A stretch of DNA of 64,000 bases from an uncultured cyanobacterium (GTDB lineage: Bacteria > Cyanobacteriota > Cyanobacteriia > Pseudanabaenales > Pseudanabaenaceae). The DNA is taken from the NCBI GenBank assembly GCA_963703315.1, contig OY969811.1, positions 320,001-384,000 on the forward strand, written 5' to 3'. Positions within the stretch are counted from its first letter, which is position 1; every line of letters starts with the position of its first letter. Shown one piece after another: positions 30,913-41,586 of this stretch. The translations under genes were made by a program, and so were the position numbers. The notes beneath the pieces are model-generated. The model made no database searches and had not been told where the DNA came from. It was given only the letters and a program-made list of their open reading frames with translations.

Positions 30913-32074
30913 TAGGTGTCTCACTAAACTGCATATACAACTCTTTGAACGCAGTAATTACTTCAGGAGACAAGTTTTTTTCCCGATCGCTATAAAATTT
31001 TTGAAATTCAGTGATCGGATCAAAGCGATCGTAATCTTGCGGTTCGGGAACCTGCGCCGATGCATTGACGATTAACTTTGGTTCCACCATTACCGCTTGA
31101 GGGCAGACTTTTCGCACCCGATCCGCGAGTCCGATGGGCGGCGTATCTACAGCGATCGTAAATTTTAAATATCCCGCATAATCACGGTGTGCTTCCAAAT
31201 TTTCTTCTAAATCATTAAGATGACATTCCACGCGCTTTAGTGGCTTCTGACAAGTAAGTGGCTGAAACTGTACTTTTGCAGGTCTACCAGTTTCCACTTC
31301 AATTAAATTAAATCCTTTCTCTTCACCAACTTCCCCAAAATCTACTTGAATTAAAGAACCTGCGTAATAAGTCGGTGCAGCATTGGGAATTTGTTGTGGT
31401 CGATGGATATGACCTAACCCTACATATTGACATTCTGAAGGAATAGATTGCCCTGAAAGACTATAGACATCACCACTATAAAATGCGGCTTCAGAACCTG
31501 TAAACTTCGCTCCATCAATGGTCATGTGTGCCATCATCACATTCACAGCATCCGTTTTAAAGGCATTGGCGAGATTCTGAAGAACATAGGTAACTGTCGT
31601 TTTGTAATCATTACGCTGTTCTACAGCATCTTTACTCCACACATCCTCAGCCGCTAATAACTTCCGTTCTGAAGCAAAGGGCATCGCACCAACACAAAGC
31701 TTACCGCTAGCAGTTTCAAGATTGACAACGCCGCCTTCTTCCGCAATTCTGGGACGACCTAAGGCTCTCACCCCTGCTAGAGATAACAAATGCGCGAGGC
31801 TATCAATCCGATTGGCAGAATCATGATTTCCTGCGATCGCTATTGAGGGAATGCTTAACTGATTAAGTTTATAGAAAAAATCATAGGCAATTCGCTCTGC
31901 TTCAGTTGTGGGGTTTGGTATATCAAAAATATCACCTGACACCAAGACTGCATCAACTTCAAATTCCTTTGCATATTGGAGGATCTCATCTAGGGCTAAG
32001 GCGATTTCAGGTGTGCGATCGACTCCTTTTAACTTTCTGCCCAAATGCCAATCAGAGGTATGTATTAAACGCAT
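30908..32074 (-). CDS. sbcD: Exonuclease SbcCD subunit D
   Basis: HTSDWHLG, GDIFD, GNHDS, LGHIH. Confidence 0.93.
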   Translation of the reverse strand: MRLIHTSDWHLGRKLKGVDRTPEIALALDEILQYAKEFEVDAVLVSGDIFDIPNPTTEAERIAYDFFYKLNQLSIPSIAIAGNHDSANRIDSLAHLLSLAGVRALGRPRIAEEGGVVNLETASGKLCVGAMPFASERKLLAAEDVWSKDAVEQRNDYKTTVTYVLQNLANAFKTDAVNVMMAHMTIDGAKFTGSEAAFYSGDVYSLSGQSIPSECQYVGLGHIHRPQQIPNAAPTYYAGSLIQVDFGEVGEEKGFNLIEVETGRPAKVQFQPLTCQKPLKRVECHLNDLEENLEAHRDYAGYLKFTIAVDTPPIGLADRVRKVCPQAVMVEPKLIVNASAQVPEPQDYDRFDPITEFQKFYSDREKNLSPEVITAFKELYMQFSETPI

Positions 32075-32096
32075 GATTCAATATTAAGTAGCATTG

Positions 32097-33017
32097 TCAT
32101 AATTCATTACCGTAATAAATCCTCACTCCCCACATTACGACTAAGAGAATTAGTAGCACAATATCGCGGGGAAGTAATTTGAGAGGATTCCAGATCACAA
32201 GGTGAGTATTCGGACTAGTGAAGCCGCGTACTTGCATGGCACTAGCGGTTTGCTCAGCACGAATGAAAAGATTATCGATTAAGCGCTCTGCTAGAATTAG
32301 CCAAATCTGCGTAGTACGTTTGAATCCCAGTCTTTTCCAATTAATCGAACGAGTACGCATGGCTCTACCGAGGTTCTGGACTTCTTCTAAAACTAGAGGA
32401 ACAAAACGGAGAGCAAGAGTCAAGGTGAGAACAATTTCGACAACGGGAATTTTGATTAATTTCAATGGCGCAAATATGGCAGCGATCGCGGCTGTAATTT
32501 CTTCAGGAGCCGTAACTAGCAGAAATAAAGTCGGTGCATAGAGATAGGTGAAAATCAATGTACAGACGCGCACACCTAAATCCAGAGATTTGCGTGTAAC
32601 CGTGATATTGCCCGCTTTCCAGACCACGTAACTATAGGGAGTTGGTTGAGGAAGTTTGAGCGTTAATGCGGGAGCGATGATGACTTTATCACTAGTACTT
32701 ATTTCAGGAATCGGGCGGCGTGGCTGCACAGTAGTATTAAAGCCATCAGGGGAAATCGTGGCGATCGCTAAGGTCATAAAAGCTAATAACAACAAAATCC
32801 CCATTTGCTGTTTCCACACCCGCATCGGAATTTTTGAGGCAAGGGTGAGCATAATTAGGAGAACGGCGATCGCAATCCGCCAAGGTTCATTAGCTTGAAT
32901 TGGTGACAACAAAATCGTGAGCAGTCCAAACAACTTAATGCGCGGATCAAGTCGATGGAGCCATGTAATTGGCTGCTCAAGGTAAAGTCCGATAGGAAGC
33001 GATCGCAGTATATCCAC
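32097..33017 (-). CDS. ECF transporter T component (CbiQ/Ycf92-like)
   Basis: LHRLDPRIK, LALRFVPLVLEE, AMQVRGF. Confidence 0.9.
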   Translation of the reverse strand: MDILRSLPIGLYLEQPITWLHRLDPRIKLFGLLTILLSPIQANEPWRIAIAVLLIMLTLASKIPMRVWKQQMGILLLLAFMTLAIATISPDGFNTTVQPRRPIPEISTSDKVIIAPALTLKLPQPTPYSYVVWKAGNITVTRKSLDLGVRVCTLIFTYLYAPTLFLLVTAPEEITAAIAAIFAPLKLIKIPVVEIVLTLTLALRFVPLVLEEVQNLGRAMRTRSINWKRLGFKRTTQIWLILAERLIDNLFIRAEQTASAMQVRGFTSPNTHLVIWNPLKLLPRDIVLLILLVVMWGVRIYYGNEL

Positions 33018-33094
33018 TATATTCTGATATTTTTCGGGGATTTGGTTCTAGCAATTTACAATATAGCAATTAAGCGCAGCAGCATTTAGTAACT

Positions 33095-34393
33095 ATGCCC
33101 ATCGAATCTGAACAATTATTAGAACTTGCCCTCAAATCTGGCTGTGAAGCGGCGGAAGTCTACGAATCCCGATCCGTTTCCCGACCTGTATTTTTTGAGG
33201 CAAATCGGCTTAAGCAGCTAGAAAGTATTGATTCTGAAGGTGTGGGGTTAAGGATTTGGAAAGATAGCAAAGTGGGCTTAGCGATCGCCTACGGCACTGT
33301 CGAGCCAAAGGACTTGGTGGAACAGGCGATCGCCTTAAGCACCTTAAATGAACCTGAAGAGATTTTATTACGCGACTCGACTGTTGCTGACTATCCCAAA
33401 CTCTATGGTCAGGAAGTTAAGGTTGAGCAAATGATTGATTGGGGAAAATCAGCGATCGCGCAGCTACTAGATCATTATCCTGAAGCAATCTGTGGTGCGG
33501 AATGGGAATGTGGACAGGAGACAATCAGGATTCTCAATAGCAAAGGTTTGGACTGTGGCTATACGGATATTACGGTGGATGGCTCTCTGAGTGCGGAGTT
33601 GACGCGGGGTGATGACTTTCTCAATGTTTGGTATGGGCAGTCAGAACGTGGAAATCTAGATCCTGAGGCGATCGCCAAGAAAGTCTTGCAATATCTCGAC
33701 TGGGCTAAAAAAAATGCTAAATCTCCATCGGGTAAAGTACCAGTAATTTTTACAGGCAAGGCGGCAGATTTGCTCTGGGGAGTCGTGGCGATCGCGATGA
33801 GTGGGCGACAGGTGCAGCAAAAGGCAACACCTTGGCTCGAAAAAATCGGACAGCCTGTAATTTCGGATATTTTCACCGTCAGTCAGCAGCCAGATTTTGG
33901 TGTGTATAGCTTGCCTTTTGATGATGAAGGCACACCGACACAGGCAGTTACTTGGATCGATCGCGGTGTATTGCAAGACTTTTATGGTGATGTGCGGACT
34001 TGCCAAGAGTTAGGGATTACGGCAACAGGCAACGGTTTTCGTGGCGATTTGGGCAACTATCCTAGCCCCGGATTATTTAATCTGGCGATCGCTGCTAGTC
34101 AAACGATTCAAGGCGATATTCTGGAGCTTGCCGCAACTCTCAAGGATGGCTTAATCGTCGATCAAGTTCTCGGTGATGATTCCGATTTATCAGGAGATTT
34201 CTCGATCAATATCGATTTAGGCTACCGTGTCAAAAATGGCAAAATTATCGGGCGGGTCAAGGATACGATGCTGTCAGGAAATATCTATACAGCGCTTAAT
34301 CAGGTGATTGGGGTGGCAAGCGATCGGCAATGGCATGGCTCACTATATGTACCTGCGATGATTGTTGAAGGACTATCGATTACTAGTCGTTAA
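33095..34393 (+). CDS. TldD/PmbA family protein (PmbA-like)
   Basis: PFDDEG, TGNGFRG, SGDFS, GRVKDTMLSGN. Confidence 0.9.
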   Translation: MPIESEQLLELALKSGCEAAEVYESRSVSRPVFFEANRLKQLESIDSEGVGLRIWKDSKVGLAIAYGTVEPKDLVEQAIALSTLNEPEEILLRDSTVADYPKLYGQEVKVEQMIDWGKSAIAQLLDHYPEAICGAEWECGQETIRILNSKGLDCGYTDITVDGSLSAELTRGDDFLNVWYGQSERGNLDPEAIAKKVLQYLDWAKKNAKSPSGKVPVIFTGKAADLLWGVVAIAMSGRQVQQKATPWLEKIGQPVISDIFTVSQQPDFGVYSLPFDDEGTPTQAVTWIDRGVLQDFYGDVRTCQELGITATGNGFRGDLGNYPSPGLFNLAIAASQTIQGDILELAATLKDGLIVDQVLGDDSDLSGDFSINIDLGYRVKNGKIIGRVKDTMLSGNIYTALNQVIGVASDRQWHGSLYVPAMIVEGLSITSR

Positions 34394-34507
34394 GTCATGA
34401 GAACGCCGCACATTGCCTGTCTATCTTTTTTGCTGACGATTGCTATAATGGCTATATGATGATTTTTAAGGCTTCCCAGAAGCCTTAAAAATCATCATCA
34501 ATATTTT

Positions 34508-34581
<74 letters not shown>

Positions 34582-34592
34582 TCATCTAGCAA

Positions 34593-34645
34593 TGCAAATA
34601 AAAAAAGGATTGCGAACATTGTTCGCAATCCTTTTTTTATTTGCA
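34593..34645. terminator. Bidirectional terminator between tRNA-Arg and petD
   Basis: Perfect inverted repeat with A/T tracts. Confidence 0.75.
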
Positions 34646-34655
34646 GATGCAAAGT

Positions 34656-35141
34656 TTAGAACAAGCCAAGAGTTAAGGACTTGTCAATAGGTAAGGTGGA
34701 GCCGATACCCAAGTAAAGGGTGAAAGCAGTACCAAATAGGAAGACAGCCATCGCAACAGGGCGACGGAAAGGATTTTGGAACTTGTTGACGTTCTCGATG
34801 AAGGGAATCAAGATTAAACCAACGGGGATCAAGCTTTGGAGCAATACGCCCAAGAGTTTGTTAGGTACAATTCGCAAAATTTGGAATGCAGGGTACAAGA
34901 ACCACTCTGGCAAGATTTCCAAAGGAGTCGCAAAAGGATTAGCAGGTTCGCCAACCAAGGTGGGGTCAAGTACTGCCAAACCAGTGATCAAAGCGATCGT
35001 GCCAAAAATTACCACAGGGAACATATACAACAGGTCATTTGGCCAAGCTGGTTCGCCATAGTAGTTGTGACCCATATTCTTTTCCAGCTTTGCACGTAAA
35101 ACTGGATCATTCAAATCAGGAAACTTTTCAATCTTTGCCAT
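34656..35141 (-). CDS. petD: Cytochrome b6f subunit IV
   Basis: [31 protein letters not shown]. Confidence 0.98.
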   Translation of the reverse strand: MAKIEKFPDLNDPVLRAKLEKNMGHNYYGEPAWPNDLLYMFPVVIFGTIALITGLAVLDPTLVGEPANPFATPLEILPEWFLYPAFQILRIVPNKLLGVLLQSLIPVGLILIPFIENVNKFQNPFRRPVAMAVFLFGTAFTLYLGIGSTLPIDKSLTLGLF

Positions 35142-35245
35142 GTTATTTCTCTATTTATTGACAGATTTTCTAAAATTATCTAATACGAAAATCTTAAACT
35201 GGTTTTCCAGATAAGAAACCTTACAAAAAGCTTTGCAATCAATTC

Positions 35246-35893
35246 TTATAAGGGACCAGAAATACCTTGTTTGCGGATCATCAAGAAATGAGCCAGCATG
35301 AATACTGCAATCAACCAAGGCAATACAAAGGTATGCAAGCTGTAGAAACGGGTCAGGGTTGCTTGACCAACGCTTTGACCACCACGTAGTAGTTCAACTA
35401 GGGTTCCACCAACAACAGGAATTGCTTCAGGTACGCCAGATACAATCTTTACCGCCCAGTAGCCAACTTGATCCCAAGGTAAGGAGTAACCAGTTACGCC
35501 GAAGGTAACGGTGATCACTGCCAAGATTACGCCAGTAACCCAAGTCAATTCGCGGGGTTTTTTGAAACCGCCAGTCAAGTACACACGGAAAACGTGCAAG
35601 ATCATCATTAAGACCATCATACTTGCCGACCAACGGTGGATCGAGCGAATCAACCAACCGAAGTTAACATCGGTCATGATGTAGCGCACAGATTCAAATG
35701 CTTCTGTTACCGATGGTTTGTAATAAAAGGTCATCGCGAAACCTGTCGCGAACTGAATCAGGAAGCAGGTGAGGGTGATGCCGCCTAGACAGTAGAAAAT
35801 ATTGACGTGAGGAGGAACGTACTTACTTGTAATGTCCTCAGCGATCGCCCCGACTTCAAGGCGATCGTTAAACCAATCGTAAACTTTACTCAT
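35246..35893 (-). CDS. petB: Cytochrome b6
   Basis: [38 protein letters not shown]. Confidence 0.98.
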   Translation of the reverse strand: MSKVYDWFNDRLEVGAIAEDITSKYVPPHVNIFYCLGGITLTCFLIQFATGFAMTFYYKPSVTEAFESVRYIMTDVNFGWLIRSIHRWSASMMVLMMILHVFRVYLTGGFKKPRELTWVTGVILAVITVTFGVTGYSLPWDQVGYWAVKIVSGVPEAIPVVGGTLVELLRGGQSVGQATLTRFYSLHTFVLPWLIAVFMLAHFLMIRKQGISGPL

Positions 35894-36015
35894 GTAATTG
35901 AAAAACCCAAGATTGCTGAACTAGTTAACAATTTTTTGATAGCTGTAACTTATTTTAATACTTATGATCAGGTGTAGGCAAACCTAAAGAAGGTTTTTAA
36001 CAAGTTTCACTAAAT

Positions 36016-36055
36016 ATATAGAAAGATATAGCAAGATATAGCAAGATATAGCAAG
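36016..36055 (+). repeat. 10-bp tandem repeat ATATAG(C/A)AAG x4
   Basis: Directly visible in the petB/M23 divergent intergenic region. Confidence 0.85.
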
Positions 36056-36077
36056 TTTTCTTGCCTTATTACCCTGC

Positions 36078-36752
36078 ATGAAAATACATTTGCGTCTCAG
36101 ATTAGCAGTTTTTGTGATTTCTCTGTCCTGTCCTTGCTTAGCTCCTGTATTGTCTCAAGTTTGCTCCAAGGAATATTCTCATCCAAACTTGGAAAATCAT
36201 GACGAAGAATATTCGCCGACCCAGCGTGTTGCTGCTGTTCGTAGCGATCGCTCTTTAACCTTGCCTTGGGCTTTACCCACAGAATTTACTGCAATCGATC
36301 CATTTGTAGGTAAGGACTATCAACTAGCGGCGCATGAAGGAATTGACTTTATTCACGGTAACCAGTTAGTTACGCAAGTATCGGTGCGATCGGTATCAGA
36401 TGGCAGAGTGGTGTATGTTCGTCGTGATTGTCCGCAATCAAATTTATTTGAACCCAACAGTTTGCACCGTGACTGTGGTGGTGATTGGGGAAACCATATT
36501 GTGATTCGGCATCCTAATGGACTATTCACCCGTTATGCACACCTTTATCCTGATAGCATTCAAGTAAAAGTTGGGCAGAAAATCACTCGTGGTCAAGAGC
36601 TTGGCAAAATGGGAAATTCAGGACGGAGTGATATCAGACATTTACATTTTGAGTTAGGTGTTGCCATTAAGATTAATCCCTGTGCGCCAGCGCAATCTTT
36701 TCACTATGTTTACAATCCAGCTACTTATTTACAATGGGACAATATCCAATAG
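36078..36752 (+). CDS. M23 family metallopeptidase with signal peptide
   Basis: HEGID, YAHL, GNSG, HLHFE. Confidence 0.88.
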   Translation: MKIHLRLRLAVFVISLSCPCLAPVLSQVCSKEYSHPNLENHDEEYSPTQRVAAVRSDRSLTLPWALPTEFTAIDPFVGKDYQLAAHEGIDFIHGNQLVTQVSVRSVSDGRVVYVRRDCPQSNLFEPNSLHRDCGGDWGNHIVIRHPNGLFTRYAHLYPDSIQVKVGQKITRGQELGKMGNSGRSDIRHLHFELGVAIKINPCAPAQSFHYVYNPATYLQWDNIQ

Positions 36753-36812
36753 AGAATGACGGCGCGAAGCGCCGCCATTCTCTGTACGTGCAACCTAGCA
36801 AAATTTAAATGT

Positions 36813-37400
36813 ATGAATGATTTAACTGATAAATCCCTTGAGAAGGAAAGCGATCGCGATCGCCAAGATGCTAACAGCGTTGATATTCGCGAGATGAATA
36901 TTGATGACATTGCACCAATTTTTCATTTAGGCGAACAATTATTTACCAGCGACTTGTATCCTTACCTCTATCGCACATGGGACGAGTGGGAGGTGATCGG
37001 GATGTATAACACTGATTCTGAATATTGCTTAGTTGCCGAAATCGATGATCAGCTTGCAGGATTTATTCTCGGCACAATCATCAATAAAGCTTCATGGAAA
37101 TATGGCTATATCACTTGGCTAGGTGTCAATCCCAATTTTCAAAGGCGGGGCGTAGCCGATCGCCTAGTCGATAAGATCATCGAACGGATGATTGAAGACA
37201 ATGTGCGCCTAATGCTTGTTGATACTGATCCTGCTAATACTCCTGCCATTAATTTCTTTAACCGCAAAGGTTTCGGCAATGCTAGAGAACACGTATTTTT
37301 GTCATTAAATCTCGCTAAGCATGAGTATTACGGCAGATTGATTAATTACGAACGCGATAAAGCCGAGCGCAACCGTCCGCGATCGCGCCGCCGAACTTAA
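36813..37400 (+). CDS. GNAT family N-acetyltransferase
   Basis: VNPNFQRRGVA, NTPAINFF..KGF; the upstream ATG 36756 sits inside a palindromic repeat. Confidence 0.88.
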   Translation: MNDLTDKSLEKESDRDRQDANSVDIREMNIDDIAPIFHLGEQLFTSDLYPYLYRTWDEWEVIGMYNTDSEYCLVAEIDDQLAGFILGTIINKASWKYGYITWLGVNPNFQRRGVADRLVDKIIERMIEDNVRLMLVDTDPANTPAINFFNRKGFGNAREHVFLSLNLAKHEYYGRLINYERDKAERNRPRSRRRT

Positions 37401-37605
37401 ATTTAATTTTGCTTAAAGTTTGTTTAGGAGATCAATCCGCCTTAGACAGGATTGATGGTGGAAAGAACTAGGCGATCACTTTGCTTTGAAAGTAACTGGA
37501 TATTTATACGGCAGTTGCAGATGAGTTATCAGTTAGCCTAATGAGATTTTTAGGTATAGCGTAGCTTGAGTTAAATTGCAAACAATAGAATTTAGAGAGC
37601 CATGA

Positions 37606-38220
37606 GTGAAGTTAAATATGCATCCAGAAGATACAGCCGCTCGATATGATCGTATTGCCCAATGGTGGCAAACTCAGCATCAAGATTCGCTTTATGGTGT
37701 TGCCCAATTGGAGCGAGCGATCAAATATACTCCTAAGAATCATTTAGCTATTGATATAGGGTGTGGAAGCAGTGGGCGTTTTTTTAAAGTTCTAAGCGAA
37801 CATGGATTTCAGGCGGAAGGACTTGATATTTCTGTGGAAATGATTAACTTAGCTAAAAAACTGCATCCAAATGTCACATTCTATAGGGAAGACATTTCTG
37901 CTTGGAATCCGCCCAAATCTTATAGCTTGATTGTTGCTTGGGACAGCACGTTTCATCTACCGTTAGATATGCAGGAAGAGGTCGTAAAAAAACTATGCGA
38001 TGCTCTTGAAGGTGATGGCGTGCTAATGTTCACCTGTGGGGGTGGGTATAAGCATAGTGAAGTTTCTGGAGCATTTCAAGGTCAGAAATTTGAGTACAGT
38101 ACGCTGGGTGTAAATGCTTTTCTAAAGATTCTGAATGATCATAATTGTACGTGTCTTCACCTTGAATATGATCAATATCCTGAGAATCACGTTTACATCA
38201 TTGCTCAAAAACACGATTGA
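37606..38220 (+). CDS. Class I SAM-dependent methyltransferase
   Basis: IDIGCGSSG, GLDISVEMI. Confidence 0.88.
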   Translation: MKLNMHPEDTAARYDRIAQWWQTQHQDSLYGVAQLERAIKYTPKNHLAIDIGCGSSGRFFKVLSEHGFQAEGLDISVEMINLAKKLHPNVTFYREDISAWNPPKSYSLIVAWDSTFHLPLDMQEEVVKKLCDALEGDGVLMFTCGGGYKHSEVSGAFQGQKFEYSTLGVNAFLKILNDHNCTCLHLEYDQYPENHVYIIAQKHD

Positions 38221-38236
38221 TCGCTGTAACGGAAGT

Positions 38237-38334
38237 GCGATCGCTGGTTCGTCTGGATTGTAATAAACCGCCATATTCACACCGAAGTACCAATCATCGC
38301 GATCTGCCCAAATATCAGCTAACAAACTCAGTAT
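38237..38334 (-). pseudogene. Uma2-family endonuclease fragment
   Basis: LLADIWADRDDWYFGVNMAVYYNPDEPAIA resembles an internal segment of cyanobacterial Uma2 proteins; both ends missing. Confidence 0.6.
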
Positions 38335-39243
38335 TCAATCTTGGTCAGGCTTCTGGCTTGATACATTTTTAGCGATATCGATAAATTGCTGCAAAATGAG
38401 TGAAGAATTCTCTTGTCGCCAAGCGATAGCTAATGGATTGGCGATCGCCTTCTCTCGAATAGGGCGATAAGTAACTCCTTCTCGTCGAAGATTCTGCACG
38501 CTGGATGGCAAAATACTGATACCCATTTCGCCTGCAACTAGCCCCAAAATCGTGACCATAAAGATCGCTTCTTGAGCCATCTTAGGAACAAATCCTGCTT
38601 GAGCACATAAAGCGTAAATTTGCTCTGATAAACCAAACACAACTGGACGGAGAGGCATAATAAACTCTTCCTCCGCTAAATCAGTCAGCGAAATTGTGGA
38701 TTGGATTGTTAGCGGATGGTGTTTGGGTAAAACAACCACCAAAGTCTCTTCTGAGAGAAGTGTCACTTCTAGATCATTAGCTTCAATCAGGGCAGGAGTT
38801 CGATAGGCAAAAATGATGTCGGTCTGGTGATCGTGCAATCCCTGAATTTGGGAACCACTACTGGCTTCTCGTAAAATCAGATTTGCTGATGGATAGTGTT
38901 GCCGAAAAGTCCGCAGAATATTGGGTAAGACACCATTAGCCATTGAGCTAGTAAAGCCTATTGTCAAATGATCTAATTCCCCTTGGTGAATGCGTTGTGT
39001 TTTGCGTATCGCCTGTTTTAAGTTTGCTAGAGTCGAACGCGCTTCTTCTAAAAATGCTTGTCCTGCCACCGTTAGCTGGATCGGGCGCTTGTCTCGATTG
39101 AATAGCTCAACGCCTAATTCCTTTTCTAGATCTCGAATTTGCTGACTCAATGGCGGCTGGGCGATCTGTAACCTTTCTGCGGCACGGCTAAAGTTTAGCT
39201 CATCGGCAACCGCAACGAAGTAACGAAGATGACGAAGTTCCAT
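38335..39243 (-). CDS. LysR family transcriptional regulator
   Basis: MELRHLRYF...NFSRAAERLQIAQPPLSQQI. Confidence 0.95.
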   Translation of the reverse strand: MELRHLRYFVAVADELNFSRAAERLQIAQPPLSQQIRDLEKELGVELFNRDKRPIQLTVAGQAFLEEARSTLANLKQAIRKTQRIHQGELDHLTIGFTSSMANGVLPNILRTFRQHYPSANLILREASSGSQIQGLHDHQTDIIFAYRTPALIEANDLEVTLLSEETLVVVLPKHHPLTIQSTISLTDLAEEEFIMPLRPVVFGLSEQIYALCAQAGFVPKMAQEAIFMVTILGLVAGEMGISILPSSVQNLRREGVTYRPIREKAIANPLAIAWRQENSSLILQQFIDIAKNVSSQKPDQD

Positions 39244-39346
39244 ATCAGTACTACTATACCTAAAATTAGATAATAGTATACTCAGTATAGGCTGTACATA
39301 TATTAATGGTTACCCTATAGTGAGCATGACGGGTACGCAGATTTGA

Positions 39347-40273
39347 ATGTCCTATGTTTCTAAGGAAGGTTTTGCTAGTATGGTAAGTCCAATTCGACGA
39401 GTTGTGATTGTTGGTGGAACTCATGGGAACGAATTGACAGGGATTTACTTGGTCAAGAAGTTTCAGCAATACCCACATTTGTTACATCGAGAAAGTCTTG
39501 AATGCATCACTTTATTAGCTAATCCCAAAGCGATCGCAGCCAATCGACGTTATATTGCTCGTGATTTGAATCGTTGTTTTGCCAATGAAGATTTGGCTAA
39601 TCCAGCGTTAAAAAGCTATGAAGACAGACGTGCTAAAAAAATTGCTGCCCAACTGGGACCAAAATCTCAGCCCCACGCTGACGTGATTATTGATCTTCAC
39701 AGCACAACTGCGAATATGGGCTTGACCGTTTTACCATCCAGTAAAAATCCATTGAATTTGCGATTAGCAGCCTATCTGAGCACACTAAATCCATTGGTTC
39801 GTGTTTGTTGTGGAGTGCAGTGCAATCAAGACTCTCCAGTGTTGCGATCTCTCTCCCCTCTGGGCTGCACTCTTGAAGTTGGTGCGATCGCCCAAGGTGT
39901 ACTCAATGCTGATTATTTGCAGCAAACAGAACAATTAGTTCATGCCATTTTGGATTATCTCGATGCCCTGAATCAGGGAGAAATTTTGTCTGTGCCATCG
40001 AGTTTAGATGTGTACCAGATGATTTCATCCGTGGACTATCCCAGAGATTTATCGGGTGAACTGCAAGCCATCATTCATCCTCAACTTCAGAATAAAGACT
40101 ATGAACCTTTATCCTATGGTGAACCGATGTTTATCAAATTTACAGGAGAATCAATTTCTTACCAAGGAGAAGACACTGTTTACCCCGTATTTATTAATGA
40201 GGCAGCGTATTACGAGCAAAAAATCGCAATGACGTTGACCTACAAACAACAGTTGAGTTTAGAAACAGTGTAG
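39347..40273 (+). CDS. Aspartoacylase (AstE/AspA family)
   Basis: GGTHGNE, DLNRCF, DLHSTTANMG, FINEAAYYE. Confidence 0.92.
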   Translation: MSYVSKEGFASMVSPIRRVVIVGGTHGNELTGIYLVKKFQQYPHLLHRESLECITLLANPKAIAANRRYIARDLNRCFANEDLANPALKSYEDRRAKKIAAQLGPKSQPHADVIIDLHSTTANMGLTVLPSSKNPLNLRLAAYLSTLNPLVRVCCGVQCNQDSPVLRSLSPLGCTLEVGAIAQGVLNADYLQQTEQLVHAILDYLDALNQGEILSVPSSLDVYQMISSVDYPRDLSGELQAIIHPQLQNKDYEPLSYGEPMFIKFTGESISYQGEDTVYPVFINEAAYYEQKIAMTLTYKQQLSLETV

Positions 40274-40447
40274 CGATAATCCACCAACTCTTCGCGGGAA
40301 AAAACTATGATGAACCAGAAAGGCACTGGTCAGGTAATGAGGGATGGGTGCTGAAACACGCATTTTATGCCAACGAAAAAGGTGCAAATATGTCGATCAC
40401 GCTTTAACTGTCCAGTGCCGATTTGTCTGAGGCTTGTTATTAATGGG

Positions 40448-41389
40448 TTAGGTCAAAACTGCAAAATGATTTAAGGCAGTCTGGCAGTCAGATTTAATCT
40501 GTTCCTTGAGGGCATCCAGTGATGCAAATTTTTGTTCGGGGCGAATAAATTTGACGAGATCTACATTTAGTTCTTGATCATATAGATCATCTTGCCAATC
40601 AAATAGATGCACTTCCACCGATCGCCGATCGCCATTAACTGTTGGTCTTAAGCCAATGTTCATCACCCCAAATAGGGGTTTAGGGCTAGAGCTAATATTT
40701 ACCTGTACAGCATAAACGCCATCACGGGGCAGACATTTTTGAACTGGTAGATCGAGATTTGCTGTCGGGAAGCCGATGGTGCGTCCTAACTGCTTGCCTT
40801 GGACGACTTTGCCTACCAGATTATAAGGACGACCGAGCAGAGCATTAGCGAGATCGACTTCACCCTTAGCTAAAGCTGCCCGAATATTTGAGCTACTGAT
40901 CCGAATCGGGGAGGGATCTTTGAGGAGCATGGTTTGTTCAGTAATTACCGTCAGGCGATCGCCCCAAATTTTCTGTAGGTCAGTAATGTTGCCTTGACGT
41001 TTCTGCCCGAAGTGAAAATCACAGCCAACACTGATTAACTCCACTTGGAGGGAGTCAATTAAAATTTTCTGAATAAATTCAGCAGCCGTAAGTTTGGCGA
41101 GATTCGCGTCAAAGGGTAGTAAAACTAACTGCTCGACACCAATAGATTCTAGCAAGGCTACTTTTTCGTCAAAGGGAGCAAGTAGCGATCGCGATTGTTT
41201 GCTAAAAAATTCTTGAGGATGGGGCGAAAACGAAACAACGGTACTCGTTAAATGTTGATAATTACTACCTAATGCATTAGGCAAAATCGGCGCAATCACA
41301 TGGCGATGTCCTATATGCACGCCATCAAAGTTACCGAGGGCGATCGCTGTCGGGCGGGAAATTTGGGTTGGGTCAAATATTACTCTCAC
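40448..41389 (-). CDS. ribF: Bifunctional riboflavin kinase/FAD synthetase
   Basis: GNFDGVHIGH, ISSS, GRTIGFPTAN, EVH. Confidence 0.96.
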   Translation of the reverse strand: MRVIFDPTQISRPTAIALGNFDGVHIGHRHVIAPILPNALGSNYQHLTSTVVSFSPHPQEFFSKQSRSLLAPFDEKVALLESIGVEQLVLLPFDANLAKLTAAEFIQKILIDSLQVELISVGCDFHFGQKRQGNITDLQKIWGDRLTVITEQTMLLKDPSPIRISSSNIRAALAKGEVDLANALLGRPYNLVGKVVQGKQLGRTIGFPTANLDLPVQKCLPRDGVYAVQVNISSSPKPLFGVMNIGLRPTVNGDRRSVEVHLFDWQDDLYDQELNVDLVKFIRPEQKFASLDALKEQIKSDCQTALNHFAVLT

Positions 41390-41586
41390 GCTTAATATTT
41401 TGACACAATTCTGTGATGTGATCTCAGAGCTAATTTTGAGTTTAGGCTCACCCTAGTTTAAAATCCAGAAAAGAGTGGCGGCGCTGTGCGCCGCCACTCT
41501 TTTGTTATATAGAGCTATAAGTTCAAAATTTAGCTTTTGTCATGACATTCTGGTATGTTTGAGATCCCGCCGTTAGCTTACTATCC

